A model generated the notes under the pieces. It ran no database searches and was not told where the DNA came from. It was given only the letters and a program-made list of their open reading frames with translations. The translations under genes and the position numbers were made by a program. From the NCBI GenBank assembly GCA_910592345.1, contig CAJVPI010000109.1, positions 1 through 53,322 on the forward strand: 53,322 bases of DNA, read 5' to 3'. The stretch comes from Paraglomus brasilianum. Taxonomy: Eukaryota. Below, piece after piece: positions 1 through 11,241 of this stretch (position 1 is its first letter; each line of letters starts with the position of its first letter).

Positions 1-75
1 CAAACATGGTGTGCTTATAAAGAGGTTTTTATATGATGTGCTTATAGAGGGGGTGACTATAAAGAGGGTTGACTG
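1..75. mobile_element. Right end of a pogo/Tc1-type MITE or DNA transposon (rest lies upstream of the window)
   Basis: Ends ...GACTATAAAGAGGGTTGACTG followed by TA. The reverse complement CAGTCAACCCTC resembles the other CAGT-type TIRs in the window, and there are repeated TATA(A)AGAGG subterminal motifs. Confidence 0.6.
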
Positions 76-237
76 TATATGATTAAGTATCAAAAGGAAT
101 TCGCAATAATTTTATTTCCTTGGATAAGAACAAATCCTTGGATTATTAGATCAATTATTTCAAACAATGTATCGAACCGAACAACAAACTACAACATGAG
201 GTTTTGATGATGAGAGAAGCGCTACTTATATAAGACT

Positions 238-369
238 TTTGCCACCAAAATTAGGGACGAAAAATTACTAGTTTTGGTCTCGTCCCGCCACCAAAAAGAG
301 TGACGAAAACTTACTAAGTTTAGCTATTGTTTGTATCTTGTTACTGCCACCAATTTCCGTACTCTAGTG
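238..369. mobile_element. CACTA/EnSpm-like transposon terminus with subterminal repeats
   Basis: Ends in TAGTG at 365-369 (reverse complement CACTAGAGTACGGAAATTGGTGGC). GCCACCAA occurs 3 times (about 241, 287, 346) and GACGAAAA-TTACTA twice. No partner end was seen. Confidence 0.5.
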
Positions 370-426
370 TACAGTACTAAAATTAGATCGCTGCGGGTAG
401 TATTTTGACTGCGGAGGAAGATTTTA

Positions 427-1200
427 TCACCTGACTTGCTCGACTGCATCAGCAGACCGACTCGTCGTAACATTATCTTTTCTCACGTCGATCTCCCTCG
501 ACGTAGAAACGTTAGATAAGGTATCAATTGCTTGATCAGACGTACCTGAATTATTTAGAAACATCGCAATATCCTTTTTCAATGAACTGATATGTTTGTT
601 TCCAATCCCCGCAAGAAAATAACATAAGAACGAGAGGCCTTTCTGCCGTGTGTGGTACATCTACCACTCGGATTAATTAACTTCTCGAGGTTGAGGAATG
701 GTTTAAGGCCAATATCCTTTGACTCCAACTCCAGCCGAAGTAACTTCCAATCATATATTGGTACCTTTTTTTCTTTCTTTTCTCTTGTATAAAAAATGCG
801 CCATCGATCTACACATTCAATAAAATCAATCTCTATCGTCACTTACCTCTGATGTCTCCATTATTAACTCTTGTTGACCATCATAACGATTAACTTGCTC
901 TGTCATTGCATCCATCGTCGCTTTGAAGAAACTGCATTCTTAGATGTCTCAGAACCTTTAGCAGTACCGCGTACAATGTAACTCATGTAGAAGCTAAAGT
1001 TCCATGCTGCATAGCTTTATGATAAGCGTCTTCAGTAATCTTTGGAACCTTACTTCAACCCCTTCTGCTCCACAAATAACACATGGACCAACAAGCTTCT
1101 TCGGGTGCGTGCATTTGAAATTTCCATTCTGTCGTTTAAGATTGTCGAAATCGCTTGTTCTAACTTGCGTGATCAACTGGATCTCTTCGTTTATAACGCT
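427..1200 (-). pseudogene. Frameshifted relic of a repeat/TE-associated gene (Cys motif CVICG; IAMFLNNSGTSDQAIDTLSN segment)
   Basis: Three overlapping short ORFs in different frames (994-1176, 579-842, 427-660) look like parts of one protein. The family assignment is from memory of fungal repeat-associated proteins. Confidence 0.45.
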
Positions 1201-1279
1201 GTAACAGTTGTATAAAATTGGGGGTTTTTTATTGTCACAAAGTTTTTACATTCTTCAAACTGTATAAAAATTTCGTATA

Positions 1280-1412
1280 CAAGTGGCTCTCGATATAAGA
1301 AAGTGATCGGGGCCCGACAAATTCCTTTCTTATAGTCATTTGTTATAAGATTTTAAATCGGGTCCAGCAAAAATACTTTCTATCGAAATTTTCTTATATC
1401 GAGAGCCACTTG
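1280..1412. mobile_element. MITE, 133 bp, Tc1/mariner-pogo type
   Basis: Perfect 23-bp TIR CAAGTGGCTCTCGATATAAGAAA / TTTCTTATATCGAGAGCCACTTG, with TA on both flanks. Confidence 0.92.
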
Positions 1413-1466
1413 TATATAATGTTACACAAATAAATTCCAGCCAATCATGCAAATGTCCGGGATGCT

Positions 1467-1573
1467 CCTCAGTTCGGGACTGAGATAACTGAGTTCTGGA
1501 CCGAGACAACGGAAATGTCTGAGTTCCGGACTGAGATGACTGAGTTCTAGACTAAGATGGTCTCGAACTGAGG
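1467..1573. repeat. Short inverted-repeat element filled with ~21-bp CTGAGTTCyrGACyrAGA units
   Basis: CCTCAGTTCGGGAC ... GTCTCGAACTGAGG (1 mismatch) encloses three degenerate direct repeats. Confidence 0.65.
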
Positions 1574-4500
1574 TACAACAATTATATCCCCGGTGGACTA
1601 CAACTACAGGACAGAAAAAACAGTCAACGACTTACCAAAGCATATTGCGGTGAACTCTGTCCCACAACTGTTGTCATCGATAGGATTGCCTTCTCTAGTC
1701 TTTAGTCCATAGAAATCTTTTCCTAATTGCTCTTCACAGAATGCTCTTGTGCAATTTTGCACATTCACTGTTTGCGTTCGTCTGACTTGAAGGTATTATT
1801 TGTGGCGGTTTACCAATGCAAGAACGGAAAAAAATAACAAGGAAGTTTTCCCGATTATAACTTACCGAGTAATATCAATATATTAATATTACTATGTACT
1901 GAGAAGATTCGTGTAGCAGAACTAAACAATCGCTTGTAATTAATGGTTTCTTTAAATGTAAGCTCCAATAAAAGTAAGTAATCGATTATTAATAGCCATA
2001 CTTTCCTTTGTTTGCAAATAGCATGTCATTCCTCAGGAAAAATTTTTCTTACACATGCATGCAAACACGGTGTAACTGTTTGCGATTCGTGATGGCTTCT
2101 TCCCGGACACTTGTCAATTTACCTCGACGCAGTTGAATCAGACGAGAGCGAGAGCAACAAGTTCGTTTTCAGTTAGTTATTAACACCAGGCGGTATAAGT
2201 GAGACTGCGTCATGTATCTAACAGGATGACACTGCATATTTGATATAAGACTAGTTTTTTGGAGCCAAGTTATGCAATTTTTAATTGCAAGTCCCGTTTA
2301 CTATTAAATTGTTGTGTGCAACTTGACATTCTTCAATATAGTTATAGCTCGTGGTAATAGTAGTAGTAGAAGTGGGACTCCGCTATAATTTGTAGTGCTG
2401 TAGATCCATAGTAATATTAGAATTTTCGAATTTGTTCTACGCCACCATTCTAAGCATGCATATAGTTGTACATGCATCCTCAGGAAATGCTGAAAAATTT
2501 TTTTGTTGTACAAATAATTTTACTGTTAATCTTAATCTTGTGCATCTATATTAGCGTCCCGTGTAACTTTTAAAAATTTAACTCATAACAGTGCGTGCTG
2601 TAGGCCACACCTTTATTCCTGGATTGAAGGTATACACTCTCACGAGGTAGCCTTCGAATCTGGAAACTTTAACTTTTCGACTCAACAATTGTTAAACAGT
2701 TCCGCTTTCGAAAGGAATGCCTGCCTATAAGGCATGACACTATACACTACAGTACAGAAGCATTTTAACATACGCTTTGCATTTTACTTGAATAGCCGAC
2801 ATGTCGATTGACCGGGAAATTTATCACTATCTAAATCCACTTCACCAGCCGAAATCAATGTCCACGCTGTTATCTATAAGGCTTCTGTAGAAAATTGTTG
2901 GATATCGCGAGATGACTTAAAATCAATTATACAGAGAGCAATAACCGCAGCCCAGTTTCATTATGAAAATAGCTCTCCAAATTCGGAGGTTTTGCAGATT
3001 TTGACACGAGTTGCGTAAACTGTCGAATGTTTCTATGCCGAAAATGTGAACTAATTCATAATTGTTTTTATAAAGTTTGATAGCGTTTTTCGATGGAATC
3101 TGCTGTATACCGATACGTGACATGGGGGACTAAACTTAGATTTGGAAATGTTTAATCCAAATGAACAAATTGAAAAGAATGTGGAAGAAAAATTAGAAAT
3201 CGCGGTACAAGTCATTATACCATTACGTTAATTGCATACCCGTCTCTGATTTGACGGTACTCTCGTATTGGAATCCCAATGCAATTCGGAATCTGCGTCG
3301 GATACGTTCTCTTCTTCTTCTTCTTCTTCTTCTTTTTTTTTTTTCTCTTTGGACAATACGGACTCTTGCCATGGTAGGTTGCTGAATAAAATAATTATCT
3401 TCTATACGTGACTGACTTAAATCATACCTTTAGAAGACAGATAGAAATGTTAGATGGATTCATTTCAGATGACCGTTGGTTATTATTATAAAGTAGACAA
3501 TGAACTAATTAATTAAGCAAATAACGTATCTACTTATCTTTTTCATGTACAGTTTTGTTCTATTAATTCTCACAAATATTTTCGTTCATATCGTAAATCC
3601 ACAAAGTTTCCGCGATAACTAGTCTTGAGTTTATCCTGTACTAAATTTAGTACAGCAGGAATAAGACAAAGGAAAACATGTCATTCTCAAAAGAATGGCC
3701 ACTAAAACAGTTTTTGCACACGCATTAAGTATATATTGATATCTCGTTCTTGCACTACAAATATCTGCAATGTAATCGTGGGTCTAAAAAAGTACTTCAG
3801 CAAAGCAAACAATTACAGAGATGCACTATTTTTAGTTTTTCTTTTTAGGATAATGTACCAGCTGGTGTTGCGACTCTGCTTCCATTAATCTCGTTAAGTA
3901 TATAAACTTTTTTTTTACGTTCAATTAATGGAAGCGATAAGGCATCTCAGATTTTTCTAAGAGAAACTTTCGACAAGAAAGAACGATTAAATAGTTAACC
4001 TAAGCAAATTGGTTAATAAAGAATTATTATGCCATATTTTACGTGACTCAAATAATTTTACTACAGCAAAATTTTTTGTTACGATAATAATATGACTGTT
4101 TTAATCCAGCCCGATACCTTTAACTCATCGAGAGTCATTATGTACGTATATATTTCAATAGCGTAGGCAAAGATTTATTGTTATTTAAGTGTATTTCTTT
4201 CTTTATTACATTAAAAGGATTATTAATCAACTCAACCGACAGCTGTTGAGTTTATTTCGATTGTACTCTTTCTAATTTCTGTTAAATGGCAAGGAATTCC
4301 ATCCGACGAGTGTTAGTAACATTTGAAAAAGTTAATAAAAGAACATTTAAACAAATTGTGCGCGTTTATTGTTGTTTTAGCGGCATTAGTTTACCCAACC
4401 TTATATCCCAACCCTATATCCCATTTCACAGCATACTGCGCTAATGAAATCTCGCATGAGAATAATTCAGCTCATTTACGAAATAATTTAGCTCATTTAC

Positions 4501-4730
4501 GAAAAAATTAAATCTTGCATGTAAACATTGTGACAGACTTTGCATTATGATTTTACACTATATTTCTACACTTTACATTGTTCTGTAAAAAGATATTTAA
4601 ACCAGCTGGATTTCTACGTTCCGATTCAGCAAATCCTTGTCTTCTGATCTCTCTCTCTTCTCTTCTGATCTCTCTCTCTTCTCTTCTATTCTCTTCTCTC
4701 TCTGCGCTCTGAATACAGCTTTATCCAATC

Positions 4731-5376
4731 ATGAAAATGAATCGTACTACTCTTACGTATTTGTTTTTCCTGCTTATTTTTACCGTTGGTGCCTTTGCCA
4801 AAGACCCCGTTGATGTGAACGTCATAGGTATTAAATCGATTTCTTAAATATGAGATTTGCCGAGATTAAAAGAAATGTCTAATTGTCATGTATCAGTATT
4901 GTGATTAAAATTATTATCGCTATTATATTAATATTTTCAATCATTCTAAATCATGACACTTAAATATAAATATCATTTGTTAAACCCGGTAACTTCTCCG
5001 CTAAATTTTCTCATCATATTATATTATTTAACAAAAACAATAGAGGTCGGCCTTGATCATGTGACCGTCAACCTCTGCGCCAACGTTGCACTAAACACGC
5101 GGGTGCAACTAAAGGTGCTTTTGGAGCCCGTTCCCGTCGTAATTGCATTAAAGAGTGAGTAATATTACCATTACTGTTATCATTAACATCAATTGAAAAT
5201 AATAGCTAATACAGTATATCATTCCAGCTCTCCAACTGCACCTGGCAGCGCATGTGTGCCTCAAAGTTAAGATCTTCGCCATACTTCAAGTCGGCAAACT
5301 CTATGAAGTAGAATGTGACGAGGATAAGAGTGGAAACCGTCTGGGTAGTTCCAAAGAATTTAGTCCTTCTTCTTAA
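4731..5376 (+). CDS. Small secreted protein, 118 aa, 3 exons (4731-4827, 5044-5154, 5228-5376)
   Basis: GT-AG introns splice in frame (97+111+149=357 nt) to give MKMNRTTLTYLFFLLIFTVGAFA|KDPVDVNVIEVGLDHVTVNLCANVALNTRVQLKVLLEPVPVVIALKTLQLHLAAHVCLKVKIFAILQVGKLYEVECDEDKSGNRLGSSKEFSPSS*. It has a classical signal peptide (AFA cleavage site) and a CT-rich leader at 4640-4705. Confidence 0.8.
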
Positions 5377-6130
5377 GTGAAGCAACAACCGTCACGCTAA
5401 GAGTCCTACAGGCAGTCGTAGTTGAATATATTGGTCTTTCTGTTGTTCGTAACTGTGTTAGAGGGGAAATTCTATTCAGATACTTGTCCAATCACTTGTC
5501 CAATTATCAAAGGATGTCTTTGATCAAATGTATTGACTCTTCAGTTCTTTTTTAACCGTAAGAGTCGTTAATTTCCTTAATAATCTGTGCGTATATATTG
5601 AGCTCTGAATAGTAAAGTGATATTAAAATAATGATGCCAATTGGAAAAAAAATGCTGTTTGTCCATCGCTGTTTTGTACCGTGTAAAATGTAGCTTTTTA
5701 ACAGCATCGAGTATAAGAATGCTGTACATACTACCAATTGCGCATAGAACTAAAATATGAACACGTCACTAACATTAATATTAATCAACCATGCTCGTAT
5801 TTATTTATAATTATTAGACGTGTGTAGTGTGCCACCCGATTTCATCGGTCGGCCTTTATAATTTTTACCGTTGGATAAATTTAAGCTAAAATGTATTTCG
5901 CGACTACTAGTGCGAAAAATTTATTCCATGAGAAAATGTTGGAATCATATTTGTATTTTGTGTTCAGTAAAAGCAAAATTATGCTTTTTCATAATTACAT
6001 CTTAAGGGGTTTTTCCAAATAATTCTAACCAGCGTGGGCTATTTTTTTTTGTGGGTTAAAGTATAGTATTTAAATGCGTTTGAATGATGGTTTAGATCGT
6101 ATGATTGCTTTTGAAATGTTAATCATAACT

Positions 6131-6277
6131 AAATAAACTATTGTTGTAACAGTGAGTGTATGTAAGACGTATTAGTATTGCTGATTTAAACAGCAGTTTA
6201 ACAACAATGGCTTAGATTTACTTTTTAAATGTCAATCACAACCAAATAAACTATTGTTGTAACAGTGAGTGTATGTG
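6131..6277. repeat. 33-bp direct duplication AAATAAACTATTGTTGTAACAGTGAGTGTATGT
   Basis: Identical copies at about 6131 and about 6244. Confidence 0.8.
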
Positions 6278-7200
6278 CATAAGATATATTTCATAAGCTA
6301 AAGTTGTAAAAGATTCAATCCTATGACCTTAGAAAATGAATCTGCTTGAAACCCAAAATGCTAAGGTAATAAGTAGCTATGACGGAATAGAGTACTTTAT
6401 TATACGTTTAGTCAATAAACTATAAATAAAAATTATGTTATACGATTTCTTGATTAAACAGGAAGATGCATAGTAATAAATGTTTGCTTTGGGTAACAGT
6501 CGTGCGACACAGAATCGCAAAAATTTAAATTGGCAGAATCGACGCCTCTAATATCACAAGCAAACAAGTTATTTACTGATATTCGGACGTCACAAGCCGC
6601 AGCTACACCAGAGATTTACTATGTTGTTATTATCGATTCTTGGGAATAATTCATCGCTATTCTTATGTTTAGTGGCAAGGCAATAATATTCTGGAGAACC
6701 GTACGGTGATTATTCAGCAAATACGAGATACACAGTGAAAACAGACGCAGCGATCCAACATTTTTATCCATTAAATCAAGAAACTAATCGCTAAATCGAG
6801 TTTTCAAATATATTAGATGTTGGAAAGCGAACCGTGTGGATTGGCCATGAAAGTTCTCCGTACCATAAGATAGCAATAGACGGTAAAGCGACATTGAAGG
6901 CTCGCAAGGCCTTTTCCCAGAACTTTTTGTTGTAGATCGAAAGAAATTCGTTCGTTTCACGACGCTTCCCTGTAGATCAGAATGATTTCAAAGCGGTCAG
7001 ATATTCTCGAAAATGCAATTTTCGTTCCCAACGCAACCGTTTTAAAAATTCTCGCTTTATGTAATAATAATAATAATATATAAGAACGACCCACCTTTAG
7101 GTCGATCTTTAACCATACATAGTGAATTTTTTTGTCGATATATATATATCTATAAATAGTAGGATTAGCATCCAATAGAGATCAAAAATCATCCATAAAA

Positions 7201-8245
7201 GGGTCAACTCTCCCTAAATGCACGCCTTGGACCGAGCGTGCATTTAGGGAGAGTATAGTAAATTCACGTGATTTCGATACTTTATTCATTTATTGGTTGA
7301 AATATTGGTCTATGCTTGTTTGTCGCACCGTATTAGCTTTTTTCTCTCTAATATATCTCTCGAGAATATTTGTCATTTTTATGTATTCACTTGCATTTTC
7401 TGGTTGTAGTAAAAATGATTGTACAGTTTCCAAGCCTTGTAATGTTGTACTGGCACTGATAGCTGCTATTTCGGTGCTTGTTCGAGTTCTGGGTATGTAA
7501 CCGATCTGTGTCTCCTTGTATTTGGAGCAATGATTTCTTCTTCAGAAAGTAACTGGTTGCTTCTTTGCAAAATTCGTGTTATGGTAGACTCATTAACCCT
7601 GACTTGCCATTTATTTTCGACCCAATTAACATACTCCGCACGAGATTTCTTATTATCGCGAGCATACAGGCAAAGTTCGTATTTTTGCGAATCTGTCAAG
7701 TTGTCTTACTTTTTTGGCGGCATGATAAAATATTTTTATTAACGGTGAAATTTCAGTACAATTCTCTAACTAACAATTAGTTATAAACGATTTTTATGAC
7801 TGTGACCACGATGGCACGCTTAAATGGTGGCTAACTGTTACAATCGTAAATTATTACAGAATATGATATTAAGATGTTGTCTAAATAAATACATGACCTG
7901 ATGTTAGCAGATAATGTTCCTACAGAACTGTATTCTCACATCTCGCATATAAGTTGACGCCAGAAAATGGTTCGCTTGCGTAAAGTGGAATGATTATAGC
8001 ACGGATTCTTTTTTTATGATCCGATAATTTGTTATTTTCTTATGACCTGGGAATGGTAAAGTCTTCATATTTAGTTTCTGGGTCACGTGCAGTGCATTTA
8101 TGTAGATTATTTTCATATAGTCGGGACCGCAAAATCCATTGCACGTGCAGAATATAGAGAGTGTGCATTTAGCATTAAGTCCCGAGGTTGGGACCATCAA
8201 ATCTCGTGCATTTAGGGAGACTGTGCATTTAGGGAGGGTTCACTG
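7201..8245 (-). mobile_element. Internally deleted pogo/Tigger element (CENP-B HTH fragment joined to transposase C-terminal tail)
   Basis: TIR-like ends GGGTCAACTCTCCCTAAATGCAC and GTGCATTTAGGGAGGGTTCACTG+TA. ORF 7466-7699 (QKYELCLYARDN...NESTITRILQ...YPELEQA) is followed by ISASTTLQGLETVQSFLLQ...QTSIDQYF. The DDE core is absent. Confidence 0.8.
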
Positions 8246-8537
8246 TAATGTCAATTACGAGAGTAGTGGTGGTGGAACATGATTTTGGGACTAGTAGTAG
8301 TCGTAGAGGTAATTAATGTGTTGCTTGCTCTTGTTCTTGTTGTCACTTGAAATGGTAACGATGTGTTTATATTGGCTCAAGATTTTAAAAAATTCATTTG
8401 CCTGCAGTATAATCAATCATTTATTATTAATGGATGATTTTACATAGTATCGGTTTAGAATAAGAATGACATGAACAAGGTTTGGTAGTTTTCTTCTATA
8501 ATATTTGCATGTACCGACAAGTAATGATTCTAGTTGT

Positions 8538-9895
8538 CAATAAACTTGTTCACATGATGGCCGATTATAAGGATTTTCATCCCAGCATTTGGAATACAGT
8601 GCAATATATTCTTTAGGTATATCGCAAATCTTATTATCCTCACGTAATCCGCGTAGTCGATGCATGACAATATCATGACTTTGAATATATCCGTTACATG
8701 GAACCTGACCGCTAGCAATTTCCCAAAGTACTAAAAATATCAGATTTTTTCCCTCGTTTATACGAACTCGGTCTTAAAGCACATTGGATCTATGTATGCT
8801 GCGTGTACTCTACATCTTGACATAGACGCTTCTTGGTTAGGATTACCAGACAAACCAAATTCCGTTATTTTTTGCAACGCCTTTTTTAATAAGAATATTA
8901 GCAGATGTCTGCATAAAAGCGATAAAAATCAGTCTTTATATAACACACATATAATTGCAATGCATTTATATTAATGTTGAGCAAATGCAGTAAAATAGTT
9001 GTAAATACCAGATCCTTGTGTACAATATTGAGATTGTGCAAATGTCTTAATCCATTGGTAATATCCAAGCCAAGTCTGCATTTTCTTTGCCAAGTCAGAA
9101 TGCGAACATACTTTGCTAAGTAATTACACAAAGTTCCACCCTCGGCGTACTCCAGAATCATGTAACGTGTATCGTACACATCTGTTTGTATTAAATTCAA
9201 CAATTTTAGTTTGAATTGTATCAATACGAAAGCAGTACAAACAAAATTAATCTATGACAGAAATCAATCAAAATGTTCAGGTATGAAAATTGTATACTCA
9301 CCTTTATAGGAACCCAAAAACTGAATGATGTTGAGATTATTACACACTTGCTTGTGAATATTTAGCTAATACACGATAACGAAGGTAAGATCAGTTTACG
9401 AAAAATATGTGAACAACAAGTAACATAGTAATAGGTAACAACCTCTTTGTCAAACTGTTGGTCGTGCTCTTCTTTACTTTTATATTGATTTGAGAACAAA
9501 GTTTTCATTGCGACTATTGTTCGAGATTGTTTTATTTCTCCTTTGAATACTGTTCCGTATCCACCAACCGCCAAAATTTCACCGATTATTACATCGCTTT
9601 CCTGATAGACATTAGCCATCGTTTGAATGTCCCCTGTATGCTGGAGCATGTTGGCGACGATTAATTTACCATTGTTATTGTTACTGTTGTTGGCGTTCTT
9701 CTTTGACTGGCCATTTTTGTGTGCTCGTTCCATGTGTCTGCTGAGTTGGCCCAGTCTGCAAAAGGTTCTGTTGCAGCCATTGAAGGACACTTGTACTTCT
9801 TTCTTTGTTCCGCGCTATGTTGACATCGGTGCGGTTTCTCGCCAGTGTGAATTCGTGTGTCTTGTCAAATGTTCGAGTCGAGCAAACGCGTAGGA
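8538..9895 (-). pseudogene. C2H2 zinc finger + tyrosine-kinase-like (TKL) protein kinase pseudogene
   Basis: Spliced motifs: AFARLEHLTRH/RIHTGEKPHRC, YKCP/FNGCNRTFCRLGQLSRHMERAH, LAVGGYGTVF, VAMK, NIIQFLG, LEYAEGGTL, IVHKDL, ANILI, ITEFGLS, KKSDIFS, CWDENPYNRP. There are several frameshifts and DFG has become EFG. Confidence 0.8.
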
Positions 9896-10141
9896 GGATG
9901 ACGTTGCTGTAGTTTGTGGCGACAATTTCGGGAGAAGAGGAAAAGTCTGCGAATCACTGTTGAGGAGGTTTTGATAGTTGCGTGTTGTTAGCGAACTTTT
10001 AATAAGAAGATAGAATTTGCTGGGCAGATTTAAGGTCTTGTTGCGTGATGGTTAAATCTTTTTGACACTTGTAGTGATATTCCTAAGTGTAGCACCATCC
10101 CAAATATAGTAATCTATTAATATCATACCTCGGTTATACTA

Positions 10142-10688
10142 CATAGTCAACCTCGATAAAATAAAGTCACTTTAAGATAAAATCACTCTAAGATAAAGAA
10201 TTTTCCATAATATAAATTTTTTATAAAACCTCGATAAAACTGTAAGATAAAGAGAATTCTCTCACGCTTATAACAAACGAACCTCCATAAGTCAAATACC
10301 TCGATTAGTTAAAGATTTACCTCTTTAAATTAAATAATTTGCCATTTAAAGAATATGTGTTACCAAACAATCTTAATTCTTGATTCGAAAAACCATGAAT
10401 ACCACTGCTGGTCCTTCTATTAAGAACAAACGCAAGAATATATCTAATTCATTATCTGGTGGTAAAAAACCCCGATTAATTACGAGAAAGACTTTAACGG
10501 GACTACAGAAAAGAACCTCTGTGAAATGTTCAATACGCGCTTATATCAAAATCAAGAACTTGCGGAAAATTTTCAATTACAGTAACTCAATATTTCCACC
10601 AATAATAGAAATTTGTGTCGATGCCGCAGTATGCCATATAATCCTCGACCACCAGCCCGTCGACTTTATCTTATCGAGTTTGACTATG
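10142..10688 (+). mobile_element. Non-autonomous pogo-type element carrying a degenerate N-terminal HTH fragment of the transposase
   Basis: TIRs CATAGTCAACCTCGATAAAATAAAGTC / GACTTTATCTTATCGAGTTTGACTATG, with TA on both flanks. Internal RKTLTGLQK..LCE...NQELAENF resembles a pogo HTH. Confidence 0.85.
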
Positions 10689-10748
10689 TATATGCGTTGT
10701 GAATAAAAGTTCCTCGCGATAGTTATACTATATGATACTATACGAGTA

Positions 10749-10905
10749 CAGTTGACTCTGTTTATAGTGAACCGGGCTATACGGAACTCTGGTTATTATT
10801 ATAGTGGACCAAATCATCAAGAATCGAATTTTCTATAATAATAAATCTGTCTATAGTGTCTGTGAACTCATTTTTCTAAGCCCAAATCGATTTTTCTATT
10901 GTGAA
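10749..10905. mobile_element. Truncated MITE end
   Basis: TA+CAGTTGACTCTGTTTATAGTGAAC, followed by repeated TATAGTG(A/G)AC subterminal motifs. Confidence 0.5.
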
Positions 10906-11241
10906 CTGTCACACAAACAGTGTCAACACGTGTCATACGCGTTCAATTTGATGATGCAATACAATTATTCCATGTGATGCAATTGAGCACAGATATAACT
11001 GATAAGTCTAAATCTTTGAAACGTCGATGTTGACGCGGGGGGAAAAAAATAAAGGTAAAGGTAAGGTAGAGATATGCTCAAGCTTTACTTGCAAATGAAA
11101 CCACTGGCTAGAATTAATGAGAGATAATAATAACTATAGCTTTTGCTCAAGCAACTCCTCCGTTACGAACAGAACTGTCTAGCGGTAAAGTAGATTTATT
11201 ACGAGTACTGTTTTGTAGAAGGTTTATTATTAATATTGTCT

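Noticed and set aside
2600..3480. Possible spliced gene on the minus strand
   Set aside because: Donor-like sites exist but no consistent reading frame could be assembled.
3878..3935. 12-bp inverted repeat GCTTCCATTAAT/ATTAATGGAAGC
   Set aside because: Too short and has no TSD or family support.
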